From IMG/VR virus record IMGVR_UViG_3300020440_001567, positions 1-56,667 of that record: a stretch of 56,667 bases of DNA; one strand, 5' to 3'. A program made the translations under genes and the position numbers. The DNA is from a virus. Taxonomy: Duplodnaviria; Caudoviricetes. Numbering within the stretch: the stretch's first letter is position 1; the number at the start of each line of letters is the position of its first letter. Shown one piece after another: positions 53,932 through 56,667 of the stretch. Under the pieces are notes generated by a model. That model had not been told where the DNA came from. It was given only the letters and a program-made list of their open reading frames with translations, and ran no database searches.

Positions 53932-56619
53932 TTATCCTCTATATGTTCTATTAGATCTTGGATACACTGCTCCGCTTGTAGGTCTTTCCCTATGCGTTAT
54001 GTAAGGAAATGCTACACCATCATCTGGTCTTAATTTAGGATAAAATAGATACAAATTAGGTGCACCATTCAATGCATTTACATCTGTATAATCATCATTA
54101 CCACTACCAGTCGTGCCATCTTCGATTTGATCACTTTTAGATATACCTTGTAATAATACTTTCATTTGATCTTGATTTAATGTAGGATATCTTTCTGCAA
54201 GACAACAAAGTACTCCACATACTTGGGGACTTGCCATAGATGTACCACTTATTCTTCCTAAGTATCTAGAATTGTTTCTTGTGTCTCCTACTCCTGTGTT
54301 TGAATAATACGCACTGACAATATTATGTCCAGGTGCCCATATATCAACTCCAGGTCCGTGATCACTGAAGTCAACTCTACTTTCTTGGAATGAACCTATT
54401 TCATTTTGTGTAGCACCTACACAAATATTCGTGATGTTATGTGTACCACCTCCTGCAACATTATCATTTGCAGTCGGTGAACTTCCTCTATGGTAATAAT
54501 ATTCTTGTCCAGGATATCTGTCATTCATTTTAAATTTATTATCCCAATCAGGTCCTCCAGGTAAATCGTGCTTCCAATAACCATTACCCGCCGCTCCACA
54601 GAATATTACACCTGCTTGTTCTAAATCTTCTAAGTCACTGTCTAAAGCATTTACTCTAACAGGAATACGTTGTCCTGAAATAAATCCCCAGGCGTTTAAT
54701 TGAGATGAACTAAAGTTTCCGGTTGTTGTAGTAACATTTGAATTTTGTTCAACTATTAAATCTATTCTAGATGGATTTGCTTCATAAAATTTATATTCAT
54801 ATCTGACTGTTGGTGATCCAACGGAACCTGTTGTTGTACTTGTCCCTTCATATACTAATCTAAATATTCTATCAGCACCTGTACCTGTAACTCCGTACCA
54901 AACTCTTTGAGCACTTCTATCTGCACCACCTACCATAATTTTAGGAAAGCCTGGATTGGTACTAGAAATATTTGTACTGTTTGTTGAACCGCCGCCAAAT
55001 GTTAAGTAACTATTTGTACCTAGGTGTACTGTATTATAATTTTGTGATATGTAACTAATATTGAACGGAATACTTATTGACCAATAACCGTTATTATTTG
55101 TTCCTGTTGTTGGTGTAACTGATGCTGTCAATCCATCTGTACTAGCAATAGCAACAGTTCCTAGGTCTGTTGTAGAAGCCTGAGCAGTAGCGGCTGTGTA
55201 ACCTACTATTGTAACTTTCTTTTCACCTGATACTGTAGGTGTACTACCTAATGAAGTTGTACTGTTAAAAATTACATTATACACTTCGTTGTTAGGTAGA
55301 CTTATGTTTGACTGTGCTAAATTGACTTGAATAGTTTCTCCATCATTTGTAGATGCATCAGTTCCTGTAATACTAGTTTGTATTGGACTATTGCCTGCAT
55401 CTCTTATATCTATTTCTAATGACATACTTTGAATTCCACTAACACTAGAACTTGCTAAATCATATTGTACATCAATAACTGCTGGTCCTTGTACCTGTAC
55501 TGTATCTTGTGATGGAGGGTTAGCACTAATGGCTATGTTCATTACTGCACCTGATCTTGTCCAACCAGTTGGTGTTGATCCAAAGTCTCCATTTGCAGGA
55601 GTTTCAGATCCTGACGTTGTAATTCTATTCGCTTTGTTTACAAGTACGTCAGTAAAGTTTGAAAGTTCTGCACCAGTACCATATACACCATATTGTCCAT
55701 TTTCGGATATGCTAGTTACAGGTCTTTGATGTACTACTCCTCTATACGTAACTTCTGTAATATCATTAAAACTCCATTCACTTGGGAATATACTCATACC
55801 CCAACTGTTATTAACCACAGTAGGATTTTTTACTTTTGTTTCTGAATTAATGCCCTTGTTGTTGTGGAATAATCTAATGTAATCCATTACGTATGGAAAA
55901 TTGTAATTTACTCCACCGGAAAAATAATACAAGTGATATAAATTTGCATCTCTGGCCCAACCTTGTGTATTACCTAAAACTGTTCCTGCAACGTGATGAG
56001 CATGATTACTTGTATTAGATGCATAGTTGTATGTACTTGCACTTCCGCCTGTTACCTGCGGATTCCATTGATACCAATTATAATCGTAAAATCTTGTTCC
56101 ACCTGAGCCATCTGCATTTTTTTGGAATTCAGGGTGATCGTCCATTACTGCACCACCATTACCATCACAGATTACTGCATCAACATTTTTTCCTGTAAGT
56201 CCTAATTTAATTGTTTGTGTGTTATTACCACGGTATGCATTACTGGCTGGATTACCGTCCCAAACTCTCCATAGTCCCCAATTCTTCCAAGTATTGTTTG
56301 TGTATGATTCACCTTGTGATTTATGAAAGTTTGCAGTTTGTGAGATATGACTTTCTAAAACATTTACTCCTCTGTCTTTAGGATTAAGTTCTACGAAAGC
56401 AACTCTATCATCGTTCTTTAAAAGTTCTGCTTCTTGTTCTGTTAAATGATATTCTGTTGTACGACTTATATCTCTACGATTGTTGACACCTACCTGTCTA
56501 TCAGGTATGTGCAGATCTCCGCCTGGTGTTTCCATGTCATTGTAAAACGCATCTAAGTCAGTATGGTCTTTTAATGTAACCATGTAAACCTGAAGTTTTA
56601 CATATTTGGAAAAGTCCAT
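53932..56619 (-). CDS. Subtilisin-like (S8) serine protease with large beta-rich insertion, probably virion-associated
   Basis: VICDG (Asp), HAHHVAG (His), NNSWG, AAGN, GTSMASP (Ser). Confidence 0.88.
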   Translation of the reverse strand: MDFSKYVKLQVYMVTLKDHTDLDAFYNDMETPGGDLHIPDRQVGVNNRRDISRTTEYHLTEQEAELLKNDDRVAFVELNPKDRGVNVLESHISQTANFHKSQGESYTNNTWKNWGLWRVWDGNPASNAYRGNNTQTIKLGLTGKNVDAVICDGNGGAVMDDHPEFQKNADGSGGTRFYDYNWYQWNPQVTGGSASTYNYASNTSNHAHHVAGTVLGNTQGWARDANLYHLYYFSGGVNYNFPYVMDYIRLFHNNKGINSETKVKNPTVVNNSWGMSIFPSEWSFNDITEVTYRGVVHQRPVTSISENGQYGVYGTGAELSNFTDVLVNKANRITTSGSETPANGDFGSTPTGWTRSGAVMNIAISANPPSQDTVQVQGPAVIDVQYDLASSSVSGIQSMSLEIDIRDAGNSPIQTSITGTDASTNDGETIQVNLAQSNISLPNNEVYNVIFNSTTSLGSTPTVSGEKKVTIVGYTAATAQASTTDLGTVAIASTDGLTASVTPTTGTNNNGYWSISIPFNISYISQNYNTVHLGTNSYLTFGGGSTNSTNISSTNPGFPKIMVGGADRSAQRVWYGVTGTGADRIFRLVYEGTSTTTGSVGSPTVRYEYKFYEANPSRIDLIVEQNSNVTTTTGNFSSSQLNAWGFISGQRIPVRVNALDSDLEDLEQAGVIFCGAAGNGYWKHDLPGGPDWDNKFKMNDRYPGQEYYYHRGSSPTANDNVAGGGTHNITNICVGATQNEIGSFQESRVDFSDHGPGVDIWAPGHNIVSAYYSNTGVGDTRNNSRYLGRISGTSMASPQVCGVLCCLAERYPTLNQDQMKVLLQGISKSDQIEDGTTGSGNDDYTDVNALNGAPNLYLFYPKLRPDDGVAFPYITHRERPTSGAVYPRSNRTYRG

Positions 56620-56667
56620 TTAACTCTCCAGTTTCAATATTTTAAATGATGCTTCTATTGTAGCCGT
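56620..56667 (-). CDS. C-terminal end of an upstream gene (partial)
   Basis: ...TATIEASFKILKLES*, with the stop abutting the protease ATG. Confidence 0.5.
   Translation of the reverse strand, partial: TATIEASFKILKLES

Noticed and set aside
3435-55729. Numerous plus-strand ORFs in the six-frame track
   Set aside because: They lie antisense to well-supported minus-strand genes, have no RBS or recognisable motifs, and show shadow-ORF composition
1-56667. CRISPR array, IS element or integrase
   Set aside because: No regularly spaced direct repeats, transposase or recombinase motifs were seen by eye
1-56667. Stop-codon reassignment (alternative genetic code)
   Set aside because: Standard-code ORFs tile the window densely, and full-length genes end in TAA, TAG and TGA

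Overview
This window is a dense, AT-rich, almost entirely minus-strand segment of a large (jumbo/T4-like-grade) tailed phage genome. The host is probably a Gram-negative alphaproteobacterium; SAR11-like is an inference from the petB/guaC/Prx types, the spanins and the low GC. In coordinate order it holds: (1) a phage-borne cytochrome b (petB, running off the left edge), a MoxR-like AAA+/VWA-metallopeptidase pair and an RNase H-like 5'-3' exonuclease; (2) a 7-deazaguanine DNA-modification cluster (queE, folE, queD-like, TGT/DpdA-like) interleaved with a glycosyltransferase, galE, a purine phosphoribosyltransferase and GMP reductase, directly downstream of a sliding-clamp-like gene and a family B DNA polymerase; (3) a ~12 kb array of unrelated ORFs sharing an N-terminal M-[KR]-x-x-E-[FILV]-..-E tag that resembles the T4 capsid-targeting sequence, including Glu-delimited modular polyproteins, a Cu/Zn SOD, a nucleotidyltransferase-HAD fusion and a protein with a masked Tat signal; (4) proteostasis genes (clpA, def, dnaJ, groES), a lysis cassette, a clamp loader, MazG and a stand-alone DnaE fragment; (5) baseplate/tail-like genes and an S8 protease. 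Two promoter classes are visible, sigma70-type and TAAATA late-type, and many sit only 5-8 nt from the ATG, suggesting leaderless mRNAs. All calls come from motif recognition only; no database search was run.
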